From positions 3,099 through 67,098 of the forward strand of contig SHUM01000003.1 of assembly GCA_009691245.1 (NCBI GenBank): a stretch of DNA of 64,000 nt. Direction: 5' to 3'. The stretch's first letter is position 1. Each line of letters starts with the position of its first letter. The stretch is from Acidobacteriota bacterium. Lineage in GTDB: Bacteria > Acidobacteriota > Terriglobia > 2-12-FULL-54-10. Positions 19,480 to 35,649 of the stretch are shown piece after piece. The notes under the pieces are model-generated. The model saw nothing but the letters and a program-made list of their open reading frames with translations, was not told where the DNA came from and did no database searches. The translations under genes and the position numbers were made by a program.

Positions 19480-19965
19480 ATGAAGATCAAGAGCGTTAGT
19501 TACAACAACCGGAAGAAAGTCTTCATCATCACCGCTCGCGGCAGGGGGTGGTCGTTTCCCTACGCCAAACTAGATGTGAAGCCCACTGCGGATGATCCAA
19601 TCGTGAATCTCTATGTTGATGCAAAATTGGCCCGCGAGGGTTTCACCTACACGCTGAGATCCGGCCGCGAAGACTCCGTGCTCGCAGACCAATTTCTGGA
19701 TTACAACCGCGACCCCAATTACATGCGCGATATGATGCTGTACCGGCTTTCGCTGGAAGCGCAGAAGCGCGTCGCATCGAGCGGTCTCGCCAAGCGCGAG
19801 ATCACCCTCCGCCTCGGCACCTCCGCCTCGCAACTCTGCCGCCTGCTCGACCAGACCAACTACCGCAAATCCATCGACCATATGCTCGCCCTGCTACAAG
19901 TGCTGGACTGCGAAGTGGAGTTGTCTGTGCATCCAAGAGCTTCTGCGGGCAGGCGGGCAGCGTAA
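19480..19965 (+). CDS. Putative antitoxin with a DUF2442-like N-terminus and a C-terminal XRE-type HTH
   Basis: C-terminal GLAKREITLRLGTSASQLCRLLD...SIDHMLALLQVLDCEVEL has an HTH pattern. Confidence 0.65.
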   Translation: MKIKSVSYNNRKKVFIITARGRGWSFPYAKLDVKPTADDPIVNLYVDAKLAREGFTYTLRSGREDSVLADQFLDYNRDPNYMRDMMLYRLSLEAQKRVASSGLAKREITLRLGTSASQLCRLLDQTNYRKSIDHMLALLQVLDCEVELSVHPRASAGRRAA

Positions 19966-19981
19966 TGTTTATGGCCCAAGG

Positions 19982-20788
19982 ATGAATCACGCACAAGCAC
20001 TCTACGCAGCCGCCCGCCGATACTGCGAGGAACAGTCACGCGTGTGGATGACCAGGTACCAGCGCCTGCCTAATGATGGAAGGGAATCCGACGGATATAA
20101 CTATACAGCTGAAGCGCTTTCAATATTTCCTCGCTACAATGTGCTGGACGCAATACGGTTTGAAACGGAGCAGATGAATCCCGACCTCCTTGAATCTTTA
20201 GATCAAACGCGACAGCAATTACTAGCGGCGGACAAGAGCGGGTCAACTATGTTCACCAGAGAACCCTGCGGGCCAATTGAGTCAGCCGCAATTTCCCAAG
20301 AACGAGAGCTGTTCTGCGCTTACATCGCCAATTTGACAATTGACCAACTCGGGAGAGTTGAGCCCATGCCCTACAAGCGGGCACTTTCGAGTGGGAAATC
20401 CAAGCAGCTGTGGGATCGGCTAGATTCCATTTGGAAGTTCGATGGTCCGACATCTGAGTATCTGCAGAAGGGCCTTGCGATATTCAAAGCACAGGCATTC
20501 GAATGTACTATTTCGATAGAAAGTCTGCGGGCGCTGTTGGCATCTCACGGAATCCGTCGAGTGTGGCAGCTTATTGATGTGCAGGATATCGAACCTTATT
20601 ACGAAATTGAAACGAACCTTCTCGATCTGCAGTACGACTGGGATCGCTACTGGACATCTGGTGAGTTTGACTGGATTATCTGGGCTTCTCATGAGCACTC
20701 CGTCACCGTCGGCGGATGGCTCCTTGATTCGATAAAGGCAGCATGGCCCGGTTGGAGAGAGGGAATCTGGGATCCAGCGCTTGATTAG
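19982..20788 (+). CDS. Hypothetical protein
   Basis: 268-aa ORF with lower GC than its neighbours and a Trp-rich C-terminus (YWTS..FDWIIWASHE). Confidence 0.65.
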   Translation: MNHAQALYAAARRYCEEQSRVWMTRYQRLPNDGRESDGYNYTAEALSIFPRYNVLDAIRFETEQMNPDLLESLDQTRQQLLAADKSGSTMFTREPCGPIESAAISQERELFCAYIANLTIDQLGRVEPMPYKRALSSGKSKQLWDRLDSIWKFDGPTSEYLQKGLAIFKAQAFECTISIESLRALLASHGIRRVWQLIDVQDIEPYYEIETNLLDLQYDWDRYWTSGEFDWIIWASHEHSVTVGGWLLDSIKAAWPGWREGIWDPALD

Positions 20789-20908
20789 CGCAGATCCGAG
20801 TTGAGCATCGTGGCTCCTGGGACTTCCGGCGCATACGCAGTTGCAAGAATGCATGCTCTGCTAGAATTGAGGATGGGGCTTCGTCACTTAAGCCCCGCAG
20901 AGCACACT

Positions 20909-22888
<1,980 letters not shown>

Positions 22889-22913
22889 GCAAAGTGAATA
22901 GACAAAACCATTC

Positions 22914-23498
22914 TTACGGGGATGTGCGGAATTTGAGCCATCGGTAAGTGGAATGAACGACGGCAATTGCACAAAGAACCACACTCAGCTTGAACAAGAA
23001 TTGCAAAGTTGGATCCGAATATCCTGGGTGAAAGGCGGTCATGTAGCGATTGCCATCCACAACAAGACTTACTACATAGCCGTGCCAGACTTTACCCTCA
23101 GTCAATTCTCCCAGACGGATCAAGCCGTAGAGTTCGCGTGGCACACTGATCGAAGTGTACGACTCGCCTGACTCATCAATGAAATCAAAGTACCAACTGG
23201 TGCTGTTCTTGGAGTCCACAATTTGACGATTTGTCAGTCGTAGGGTCTTATTTGTGCAGGGGCTGAAATTCGGATTCGATTCAATCTTGTCCGAGCAGTC
23301 TGGCGAGTGGAGAAATTCATCAAGCAAACGACCGTTATACCAGTGGACTAGCCCTGCTATGACCAGAAGCGTTCCCAGCATCAACAAGTACTCGCCGGAG
23401 TATACCCAAACTCCATCCCGAACGAATTGGGCCCAAGCCCGCTTCCGTATAGCCTTTCTCTCGGGCGAGTCAGGCTTATAGAGATCCAGTGACAGCAT
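22914..23498 (-). CDS. Hypothetical membrane protein with two TM helices
   Basis: AT-richer ORF with N- and C-terminal hydrophobic helices and a Cys pair in the loop. Confidence 0.6.
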   Translation of the reverse strand: MLSLDLYKPDSPERKAIRKRAWAQFVRDGVWVYSGEYLLMLGTLLVIAGLVHWYNGRLLDEFLHSPDCSDKIESNPNFSPCTNKTLRLTNRQIVDSKNSTSWYFDFIDESGESYTSISVPRELYGLIRLGELTEGKVWHGYVVSLVVDGNRYMTAFHPGYSDPTLQFLFKLSVVLCAIAVVHSTYRWLKFRTSP

Positions 23499-23669
23499 AA
23501 GATCGCTCGTGTTTTAGCCCGTCTATCATATTCCGTACGATTCCTTTAGTAAGTGTCCCTGACCTTCCCTCCGACTAGAACAAGTACCGCCCCATCGCCG
23601 AAGTGATGTCGGGCGGGAGGTGGGTGGGTGGATGGGTGGCTGGTAGCCGGTTCTTACCTCTTCTACTTG

Positions 23670-23966
23670 TCAGCGCGAGGGCTTGCTCTCCATCTGGCGG
23701 CGGAGGATGGCGTTGATGCGGGTTAGGTGGCCGGGGCCCTGGGACTTCAGCCAGTCCAGCACGTCGCGGTCAACGCGGACCGAGATTTGCGTTTTCAACG
23801 GGCGGTAGTACTTGCCAATCGTGCCTTTGGCCCAGACTGCAGGGGAAAGTTGCGGGACGTCGTCGCTGCTCAGGCCGCCGTCCAGCCGCCGGTCACGCTG
23901 CTTGTAAAGCTGCCGGGTGCGCGCGCTGACCTTAATTGGCTTGCTCTTCGTTGATGCCTTCTTCAT
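23670..23966 (-). CDS. BrnA-family antitoxin (orphan)
   Basis: C-terminal KTQISVRVDRDVLDWLKSQGPGHLTRINAILR is the BrnA/DUF4415 ribbon-helix-helix pattern. Confidence 0.85.
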   Translation of the reverse strand: MKKASTKSKPIKVSARTRQLYKQRDRRLDGGLSSDDVPQLSPAVWAKGTIGKYYRPLKTQISVRVDRDVLDWLKSQGPGHLTRINAILRRQMESKPSR

Positions 23967-24018
23967 AGCCCACTTCTATTTCATTCATCCTACACGAAAC
24001 CACTTACAAGATGATCGC

Positions 24019-24272
24019 CGTCAGGGCACGACTTTAGTCGTGCTGTAGAAACGGGTTTATCAACTTTTTTACCACTCTGCCGAAGGCCCAAGCGCAGGCG
24101 CAGCCGGAGCGGGAAGGATGAATTGCGCCGTCCTGCTGGGGCCATGTTAGCGCCGGAAGGTCCAACACAACATTATCTCGCTGCGCCTGCGGCTGCGGTT
24201 GAGCCTTCGGCAGAGAGGCAGAACTGTTTCTCTTGCATGCTATGGCGGCACGACTAAAGTCGTGCCCTGACG
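24019..24272. mobile_element. Nested REPIN/MITE-like element, 254 bp
   Basis: Perfect 25-bp terminal inverted repeats (CGTCAGGGCACGACTTTAGTCGTGC), each itself a hairpin, enclosing a second inverted pair at 24075-24103 and 24187-24215. Confidence 0.75.
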
Positions 24273-24898
24273 TGAACAAGTGTCTGGGGCAGGTAAGGCT
24301 GGCTGGAGAGGATGCGGGCTCCAGCGAGTGCCCTACTTATACGCGACCGCGGCGCTGCTGGGGCCGGCCATATGGATGACTTCGAAGCGCTGGAAGTCTG
24401 TCTTGGTGCATCAGGCGCGGAATTCGGCGTCGGAGCGCGCTGGGGGCGTGTGCCTTTCATGGTCGAGAGGCCTCGCAAGGCGGTTGCGTGGAAATTGCTA
24501 AGGTTGAGAAAGTACCGTGCGGAGATGGCCAGGCTGGCCGGTGAAGGAAGCTCAGTCCCTGGACTGTTCGGGAGGGAGATTTTCCGCTGCGAACGCTGAG
24601 CCGGCCGTGAGAAACGCGGCCACCGCATTTGCCGAGCACATAAAGCTGGCTGATATTGTCTGTGCAAGCGGGGTCGGCGCCCCGTGGGCGGGTTTCGCGA
24701 CCGCATCTGCCGAGGCCGCCGAGAACTCCTGAACAGTAGATGATTTGGTCAACGCGGAGAATTCGGAGAGTTTGGAGCGCCCGATCTGGACTCGAAATTG
24801 TGCGCCGATGGTGGCGCTCGATGAGCGCGGTTGGGCCGTCCGCTGTACAATACTTTTTCCCCCGCTGGAGTGCTCGCGGCGCCCACTCGACCAAGATC

Positions 24899-25792
24899 AT
24901 GCTAAGAAGATTACTGCTGTTCATCCTGACCGTCCCGTCCCTCGTGGCTCTCGTGGTGGCGCCGTTGCGGTTGGCTGCACAAAATGGCGCGACGCCGTAT
25001 GTGCCCAACATGAAGGAGACGGTGCGCGTCGCCGGGCAGGCAGTCAACTACACGATTGAGCCGGGGCGCATCGAGATGGCCGAGCTGCGCAAGCGCTTCA
25101 CGTCGGAGCAGATGGCGCTGATCGAGAAGCTGAATCGCGCCGACCTGGCGCACCTGCCGCGCATGAGGCAGCTCGTGGTGCCGGAGGCGTTCGGCTCAAC
25201 GATCTCTAACGATGACGAGCTCGACTACGCACCGCTGCCGCGCGAGTGGCCCAGCGCCGCGCAGACTCCCAAGGCCATCGTGGTGCATCTGCCCGGGCAG
25301 ATGTTCGGCGGATATGAATACGGCAAGCTGGTGCGCTGGGGGCCGATCAGTTCGGGGTCTGACAAGATGCCCACGCCGGAGGGGTTCCATCACCTCAACT
25401 GGAAATCGAAGGGGCGCACCAGCACGGAAGATCCGACGTGGTACATGAAGTGGTATTTCAACTTCCAGAACGTCGAAGGCCGCGCGCTGCACGCGCTGGA
25501 GATGCCGGGCTACCCGGCGAGTCACTCCTGCATACGGATGCTGGAGCGCGATGCCATGTGGCTTTACGGCTGGGGCGAGCAGTGGCAGCTCGATCCCACG
25601 GGAGTGACTGTGATGGAGTACGGCACGCCGGTGTTACTAGTGGGCCAGTACGACTTCAACTCGTATTATCCGTGGCGCGTGCCGCAGTGGCTGGCCCAGC
25701 CGGTAACATTGCCACCATTGCCGGCCACCCCGCCTATCGCTTCTATAACCCCGCCCATCACGGCAAAGCCTGAACCGACTGCTGCCAACTAG
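24899..25792 (+). CDS. L,D-transpeptidase (YkuD family)
   Basis: Signal peptide, PISSG...TPEG, catalytic motif ALHALEMPGYPASHSCIRM. Confidence 0.88.
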   Translation: MLRRLLLFILTVPSLVALVVAPLRLAAQNGATPYVPNMKETVRVAGQAVNYTIEPGRIEMAELRKRFTSEQMALIEKLNRADLAHLPRMRQLVVPEAFGSTISNDDELDYAPLPREWPSAAQTPKAIVVHLPGQMFGGYEYGKLVRWGPISSGSDKMPTPEGFHHLNWKSKGRTSTEDPTWYMKWYFNFQNVEGRALHALEMPGYPASHSCIRMLERDAMWLYGWGEQWQLDPTGVTVMEYGTPVLLVGQYDFNSYYPWRVPQWLAQPVTLPPLPATPPIASITPPITAKPEPTAAN

Positions 25793-25884
25793 AGTTGGGT
25801 TCCGGTTTCTATTCGAATGACAGCGAGTGGGGGAATATTGAAGAGCCGCGATGCTGGACACAATCGACTGAGTCGTTGATCGAA

Positions 25885-26784
25885 TTACGATACAGAACTC
25901 GACGTGGTGTCCTCGCGCAGCAGTTCGATGAAGCGGGCCACGGCGGGCGAGAGCGGCTTATTGCGGCGATGGATGGCGCCGATGGGGCGGCTCAGATCGG
26001 GGATGTCGAAGGGCACGACGGCCAGCGTGCCGATGCCCGCTTCCTTGGTGACGCTTGGTCCCGGCAGCAGGCCCACGCCGGTGCCGTTGATGATGGCCTG
26101 CTTGATGGTCTCCACATTGTCGAACTCCATGACCACCTGCGGGCGGACTTCATACTTACGCAGCGCACGGTCAATGGCTTTGCGGATGGCGAGGGAAGCC
26201 TCGAAGGCGATGAATGGCTCGTTCAGCAAATCTTGCGGCGCGACTTTTTTCTTTTTTGCCAGACGATGGCCGGGATGGCAGACGAAGACCATCGGCTCGT
26301 CATGCAGATGCACCACGGAGAGTGCCCGCTTGGCGGGTGGATAGGAGAGCAAACCGAGGTCGGCTTCGTCGTTCAGCACCGCCTCCACCACCTGATGCGG
26401 ATGCAGGCACTCCAGCCGCACGCGCACCTGCGGGTACTGCGATTGAAAGCGCTGCATCGGTCCGCTCATGCCTTGCAAGCCGATTGAGTAGATGGCCGCC
26501 ACGCGCACGGTGCCGGAGAGTTCGTGCAGGCTGGCGGTGATCTCGGCGCGCATTTCTTCGTAGGTTTGCAGGATGCTGCGGCAGGTGTCGTAGAATTTCT
26601 GCCCCTCGGCGGTTACTCCAAACGGTCTCATGCTGCGGTCAATCAGCCGCACGCGCATGTCGGTTTCAATCTGCTGAATTGTCTGGCTGGCGGCTGATTG
26701 GGAGATATTGTGCTCGTCAGCCCCCCGCGAAAAGCTTCGTAAGCGTATGATATCACAGTATAATTGCATGGAACCAAAATTCAT
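25885..26784 (-). CDS. LysR-family regulator divergent from gltBD (GltC-like arrangement)
   Basis: HTH SFSRGADEHNISQSAASQTIQQIE...LIDRS plus LysR substrate-binding domain. Start at MNFGS. Confidence 0.93.
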   Translation of the reverse strand: MNFGSMQLYCDIIRLRSFSRGADEHNISQSAASQTIQQIETDMRVRLIDRSMRPFGVTAEGQKFYDTCRSILQTYEEMRAEITASLHELSGTVRVAAIYSIGLQGMSGPMQRFQSQYPQVRVRLECLHPHQVVEAVLNDEADLGLLSYPPAKRALSVVHLHDEPMVFVCHPGHRLAKKKKVAPQDLLNEPFIAFEASLAIRKAIDRALRKYEVRPQVVMEFDNVETIKQAIINGTGVGLLPGPSVTKEAGIGTLAVVPFDIPDLSRPIGAIHRRNKPLSPAVARFIELLREDTTSSSVS

Positions 26785-26792
26785 AAAGGCCA

Positions 26793-26805
26793 TTATACAA
26801 TATAA
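26793..26805. promoter_or_regulatory. Putative LysR operator (T-N11-A)
   Basis: Palindrome TTATA-CAA-TATAA in the AT-rich divergent intergenic region. Confidence 0.5.
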
Positions 26806-26953
26806 GAAAATATAATGTAAAGAATATTTATTTTCGGCTTGGATTATGAACAAACTTCTTGTACTATTAATTCCCAGGTAGTCCGAGGTATTCCCCGGCA
26901 TTACGCAGACAATCTGTCGTTAACACCTGACCGCTATTCATGGAGGAAGGCCT

Positions 26954-31535
<4,582 letters not shown>

Positions 31536-31543
<8 letters not shown>

Positions 31544-32987
31544 GGTAACTGGATTTATCGAGTACGACCGCGAGAAATTCAAATATCGGCCAGTCGAGGA
31601 GCGCCTCCACGACTACCGCGAAGTGACGCTGCCCGCCGAAGATGCCAAGCTTAAGAAGCAGGCCGCGCGCTGCATGGACTGCGGCATTCCCTTCTGCCAC
31701 ATGGGCTGTCCGCTGGGCAATCTGATCCCAGATTGGAACGACCTGGTCTATCGCGACCGTTGGTCGGAGGCGATCACGCGGCTGCACTCGACGAATAATT
31801 TCCCCGAGTTCACGGGACGCCTCTGCCCCGCGCCGTGCGAAGGCTCCTGCGTGCTGGGCATCAACAATCAGCCGGTTACGATCAAGCAGGTGGAAGTCTC
31901 CATCATCGAGCGTGCCTTCGAGAGTGGCTTCGTCAAGCCGTTCACGCCCACCGTGCGCACGGGCAAGAAGGTCGCTGTGGTGGGCTCCGGCCCGGCGGGG
32001 TTGGCGACGGCGGACCAGCTCAACAAGGCCGGCCATCTGGTAACCGTCTTCGAGCGCGCCGACCGCGTCGGCGGCTTGATGCGTTATGGCATCCCTGAAT
32101 TCAAGATGGAGAAAAACGTCCTGAACCGGCGGCTCGCGCTGATGGAGCAGGCTGGAGTTATCTTCCGCACCAGCGCCAACATCGGCGTGAATGTTCCGGT
32201 TAAGGAATTGCAGAAGGACTTTGACGCCATCGTGCTGGCCGGCGGCGCCACCGCTCCGCGCGACCTGCCCATTCCCGGACGCGAGCTCAAGGGCATCTAT
32301 TACGCGATGGACTTTCTGCCCTTGCAGAATAAGAAGTGCGAAGGCGACACCATTCCCGACGCTCAGTTCATCTCCGCCGAGGGCAAGCGCGTGGTGATCA
32401 TCGGCGGCGGCGACACTGGCGCGGACTGCCTGGGCACGGTGCATCGACAGGGATGTAAGTCCGTCCACCAACTCGAACTGCTGCCTAAGCCTCCCGACGC
32501 GCGTGATGTGCTCAACAACCCCTGGCCGCTGTGGCCGAACATCTTCCGCACCTCCTCGGCGCATGACGAGGGCGGCATTCGCGAGTATTCCATTTCGACC
32601 AAGAACTTTTCCGGCGTTGATGGCGTGGTGAAGAAGCTGCACACCGTGCAGGTGAAGATGGCTCCCGACGCGCAGGGCCGCCTCGGCTTTGTCGACATTC
32701 CCGGCACCGAGATGGAGATCGAAGCCGATCTGGTGCTGCTGGCCATGGGCTTCCTCGGCCCCGAGAAGAAAGGCATGCTCGATCAGTTCGGCGTAAAGCT
32801 CACCGAGCGCGGCAACGTGGCGCGCGACGCCAACTGGATGACCAACGTCCCTGGCGTATTCACCGCCGGCGACATGCAGCGCGGCCAATCGCTGATCGTC
32901 TGGGCCATCGCCGAAGGCCGCTCCGCCGCCCGCGGCGTGGATACCTTCCTCATGGGCCGCTCTGATTTACCCGCGCCTCTTGCCTAG
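31536..32987 (+). CDS. gltD: Glutamate synthase small subunit
   Basis: [30 protein letters not shown] and [14 protein letters not shown]. Overlaps the gltB stop. Confidence 0.97.
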
Positions 32988-33035
32988 GCTGCTCCGCCGC
33001 GATTGCCCGTCGAACTATAATTGCATGGGATGGAA

Positions 33036-33539
33036 ATGACGAACCCGTACGCAACGCAGTTGGGAGACAGCGATCCGCTGCACGTAGTGGCGACCACGCC
33101 CCAGCGTCTCGAACAACTCTCAGCATTGCTTGGCGAGGACGGGATGCAGCAATCAGTCGCTCCCGGCAAGTGGACGGCGCGGGAAATCTTGTGCCACCTG
33201 GCAGATTGCGAAGTGGCCTTTGCCTTTCGGCTCCGACAGACTCTGGCGGAGAATTTCCACGTCATGCAGCCGTTCGATCAGGACAGATGGGCGAGCGCTT
33301 ACGCAGCATATGAAGCTCCGGAAGCGCTCTCCGTCTTTTCCGCATTGCGGTAGTGGAACTTCCGGCTGATCCGTTCGCTGAGCCCGGCGGCCTTCGCGAA
33401 ACCCGTGAACCATCCCGAGCGCGGCGACATGACCTTCCAAGCGATCGTCGAAACGATGGCCGGCCACGATATCAATCACCTCCGCCAGCTACAGCTAATC
33501 GCCGGCAGGAAATCGGATCGACAGCAATCCTCCTCCTAG
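33036..33539 (+). pseudogene. DinB/YfiT-family protein interrupted by an in-frame TAG at 33351-33353
   Basis: PGKWTAREILCHLADCE lies before the stop. The same frame continues WNFRLIRSL...HPERG...MAGHDINHLRQ to a TAG at 33539. Confidence 0.85.
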
Positions 33540-33643
33540 TGTTTCGGCGCATTAATCGCTCGTAGCTTCAGCGATCTATCCCCAGGCACCCCCGCCGGGC
33601 GTGGAGATGCGCAGGATGGTGATCTTCTGTGCGATGAAGGCGG

Positions 33644-33856
33644 CTACAAGAAAATCTTCCGCATCTGGCTGAGTACCGCGTCCATCTTGGCGAGGCTCAG
33701 CGCGGCGATTGCAGCCAGGATCAAATCCTCGGTGAGTTGATTGGCAGAATCGGGTGAAATAACGAGGGCAGGCCTGTTTTTGGTTGCGGTAAGGTCGGTG
33801 AAGGGAAAGGAAACCAGGACAATGTCGTCGCGCCTATAGCTTGTCGTAGACGGCAT
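33644..33856 (-). pseudogene. PemK/MazF-family toxin with an apparent internal deletion
   Basis: YRRDDIVLVSFPFTDLTATKNRPALVIS...DLILAAI joins directly to a C-terminal helix. Only 70 aa against roughly 110 typical for the family. Confidence 0.7.
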
Positions 33857-34034
33857 CTTCTTCGTTATTCCAGAACTGGAAGCTCTTTTCCGTTGCCTTC
33901 AGCCAGCCGGAATGCTTTGTTAGGCTTAACAGTTCTTCTTCGGAAAAGATACGATGCTTCTTCCCGGGAGCTGCGTCGGCGACTTTCTCCAGCGGCCGAA
34001 AGATTCCGTCGATATATTCCGCTCTAACGCTCAT
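33834..34034 (-). CDS. Putative antitoxin (DUF104/AF2212-like N-terminus)
   Basis: VRAEYIDGIFRPLE N-terminus. The acidic FWNNEEDAVYDKL tail overlaps the toxin start. Confidence 0.7.
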   Translation of the reverse strand: MSVRAEYIDGIFRPLEKVADAAPGKKHRIFSEEELLSLTKHSGWLKATEKSFQFWNNEEDAVYDKL

Positions 34035-34106
34035 GCCTGCGACCTCTTCGATAGTTCTATCACCACAGACGGGGAAATCTAGATATAGGGGTGTGCCACC
34101 GGTTGC

Positions 34107-34571
34107 TTAGCGCGCGGGCTGGCTGGCGGCGCGGAACTCGCGCATGAAGTCTTCCACGCTCATGACGTAGACGGGCGGGAAGTTGGCTTGCGGGCGGGCC
34201 TCGGTGATCATGTTGATGGCCTGCTTGCGCTCGTAGCCCAGCGCCCGCATGATGGCCAGCACCATGAGCGGGCTGCGGTGAACGCCCGCCGCGCAATGCA
34301 CGTAAATCTTCGCGTTGGGATTTTCCAGCGCGAGCAAAGTAAAATCCACCACGGTCCAGAAGAGCGACGATGGCTTGGGAAGAAAATCGTCCGTAGTCCC
34401 GTTCTGGAGCACAACGATACCGGTGCCGTCGTTGATGGTGTGATCGTCAAACTCGTGCATCATGTTGATCACGTGCGTGAAGCCAGCCTCGGCCAGTTCG
34501 CGCATGTTCTCCACGTTGCGGATGAATCCGCCGACCGCGAGTTCTTCCGTTACAAACTGATAGTCGACCAT
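34107..34571 (-). CDS. Dual-specificity protein phosphatase
   Basis: HCX5R motif VHCAAGVHRS and acid loop TDDFLPK. Confidence 0.9.
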   Translation of the reverse strand: MVDYQFVTEELAVGGFIRNVENMRELAEAGFTHVINMMHEFDDHTINDGTGIVVLQNGTTDDFLPKPSSLFWTVVDFTLLALENPNAKIYVHCAAGVHRSPLMVLAIMRALGYERKQAINMITEARPQANFPPVYVMSVEDFMREFRAASQPAR

Positions 34572-34795
34572 TGCTCGCTGCTCCCGCGGAGCGAATCATC
34601 GCTTTCCCGAACTTGGACCCCAGCGCCGCCAATCAGCGCTGACGGCCCTACATTGATAATCGGCCAAACACGACCCATTGTGAAAATAATTATGATTCAA
34701 CAGGGCGTCGCAGGCACACGAAGTTACTGGTTCGGCACCCGCCTCTAGTACCATCCTCGGCGGTGCAGGTGAGTTGTTGAAACTCTGGAAAGTAT

Positions 34796-35371
34796 TTAGC
34801 GGCGTGATTTCTTCGCTCTGCCTGGGGGCTTCCTGGCCGGCGATTTCCTGCGAGCGGGGGCCTTTTTCCTTGCGGCTTTGCCACGTTTAGCCGCCACCGG
34901 CTTCACGGCTTTCTTGCGCACCGGTGATTTTGCGCGAACTACCCGCGCGGTCTTTTTGCGCACCGGTTTGGCGGCCCGTTTGGCAATTGGTCTAGCGGGT
35001 GCTTTGGCCATCTTCCTGGCCGTTGGTTTCTTGCGGACCAGCGCTTTTTTCGGACTCGGCTTCGTTGCCGCGGTCTTCTTCGGCTTGCCTGCGGATTTCT
35101 TCGAGGCTGGGGCAGCTGAGGAAGCTGCTTTTTTGCGAGGGGTGGCTGGCGCTGCGGTGGCTTCAATCACCGTCGCTAGTGCTGGCGACAGGCTGGTCTC
35201 GGTGATGATGATCCCCTCGACGACCATCCCTTCATCAGCGGAATCATCATCGTCTTCCTCGAAGCCGGAGGCGAACTCATCGAGTTCCTTGTCAAACTCG
35301 CCCGACATTTCATCGAGCTCATCAAACATGTCCTCATCATTCATTCCGAAGTTCATTTCATCCGCGCTCAT
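34796..35371 (-). CDS. Acidic-N/basic-C histone H1-like low-complexity protein
   Basis: AGGGGG SD. The first ~48 aa are D/E-rich and the last ~115 aa are K/R/A/P-rich. Confidence 0.75.
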   Translation of the reverse strand: MSADEMNFGMNDEDMFDELDEMSGEFDKELDEFASGFEEDDDDSADEGMVVEGIIITETSLSPALATVIEATAAPATPRKKAASSAAPASKKSAGKPKKTAATKPSPKKALVRKKPTARKMAKAPARPIAKRAAKPVRKKTARVVRAKSPVRKKAVKPVAAKRGKAARKKAPARRKSPARKPPGRAKKSRR

Positions 35372-35649
35372 GGTTCCCCCTGATTGGCCCGCCGATTCGC
35401 TCTGGGACTTGGATGTTGCTGTCCGCTGGCAAAAGCTCTCAAAAATTGGGTTTTATCTCAGACCGTGGATGGTGTCAAGTCGAATCCATATGGCGAACCC
35501 CAGGGTTGAATCCCTAAGCCACCCTCCGAGGATGATTGCCAGCAGAACGGACAGGCCAATCTTTCCAGGTGCAAATTCCTGTTGTCCCCAATAGCAAAGC
35601 TCGATAGAGTACCGTCAGACTCAGTTTTGGAGGCGTGCGTCGCACACGG

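Noticed and set aside
23612..23643. G-rich tract GGGCGGGAGGTGGGTGGGTGGATGGGTGG, a possible G-quadruplex
   Set aside because: Single short occurrence with no supporting context in a GC-rich genome.
33351..33353. Genome-wide stop-codon recoding or pyrrolysine
   Set aside because: TAG and TAA end many conserved genes here at their normal positions (pfkA, uvrB, gltD, apt, uvrA), and the two interrupted genes use different stop codons.
34878..35594. 238-aa Phe/Leu/Ser-rich + strand ORF
   Set aside because: Mirror translation of the K/E/D-rich minus-strand gene, which has the SD and a coherent composition.
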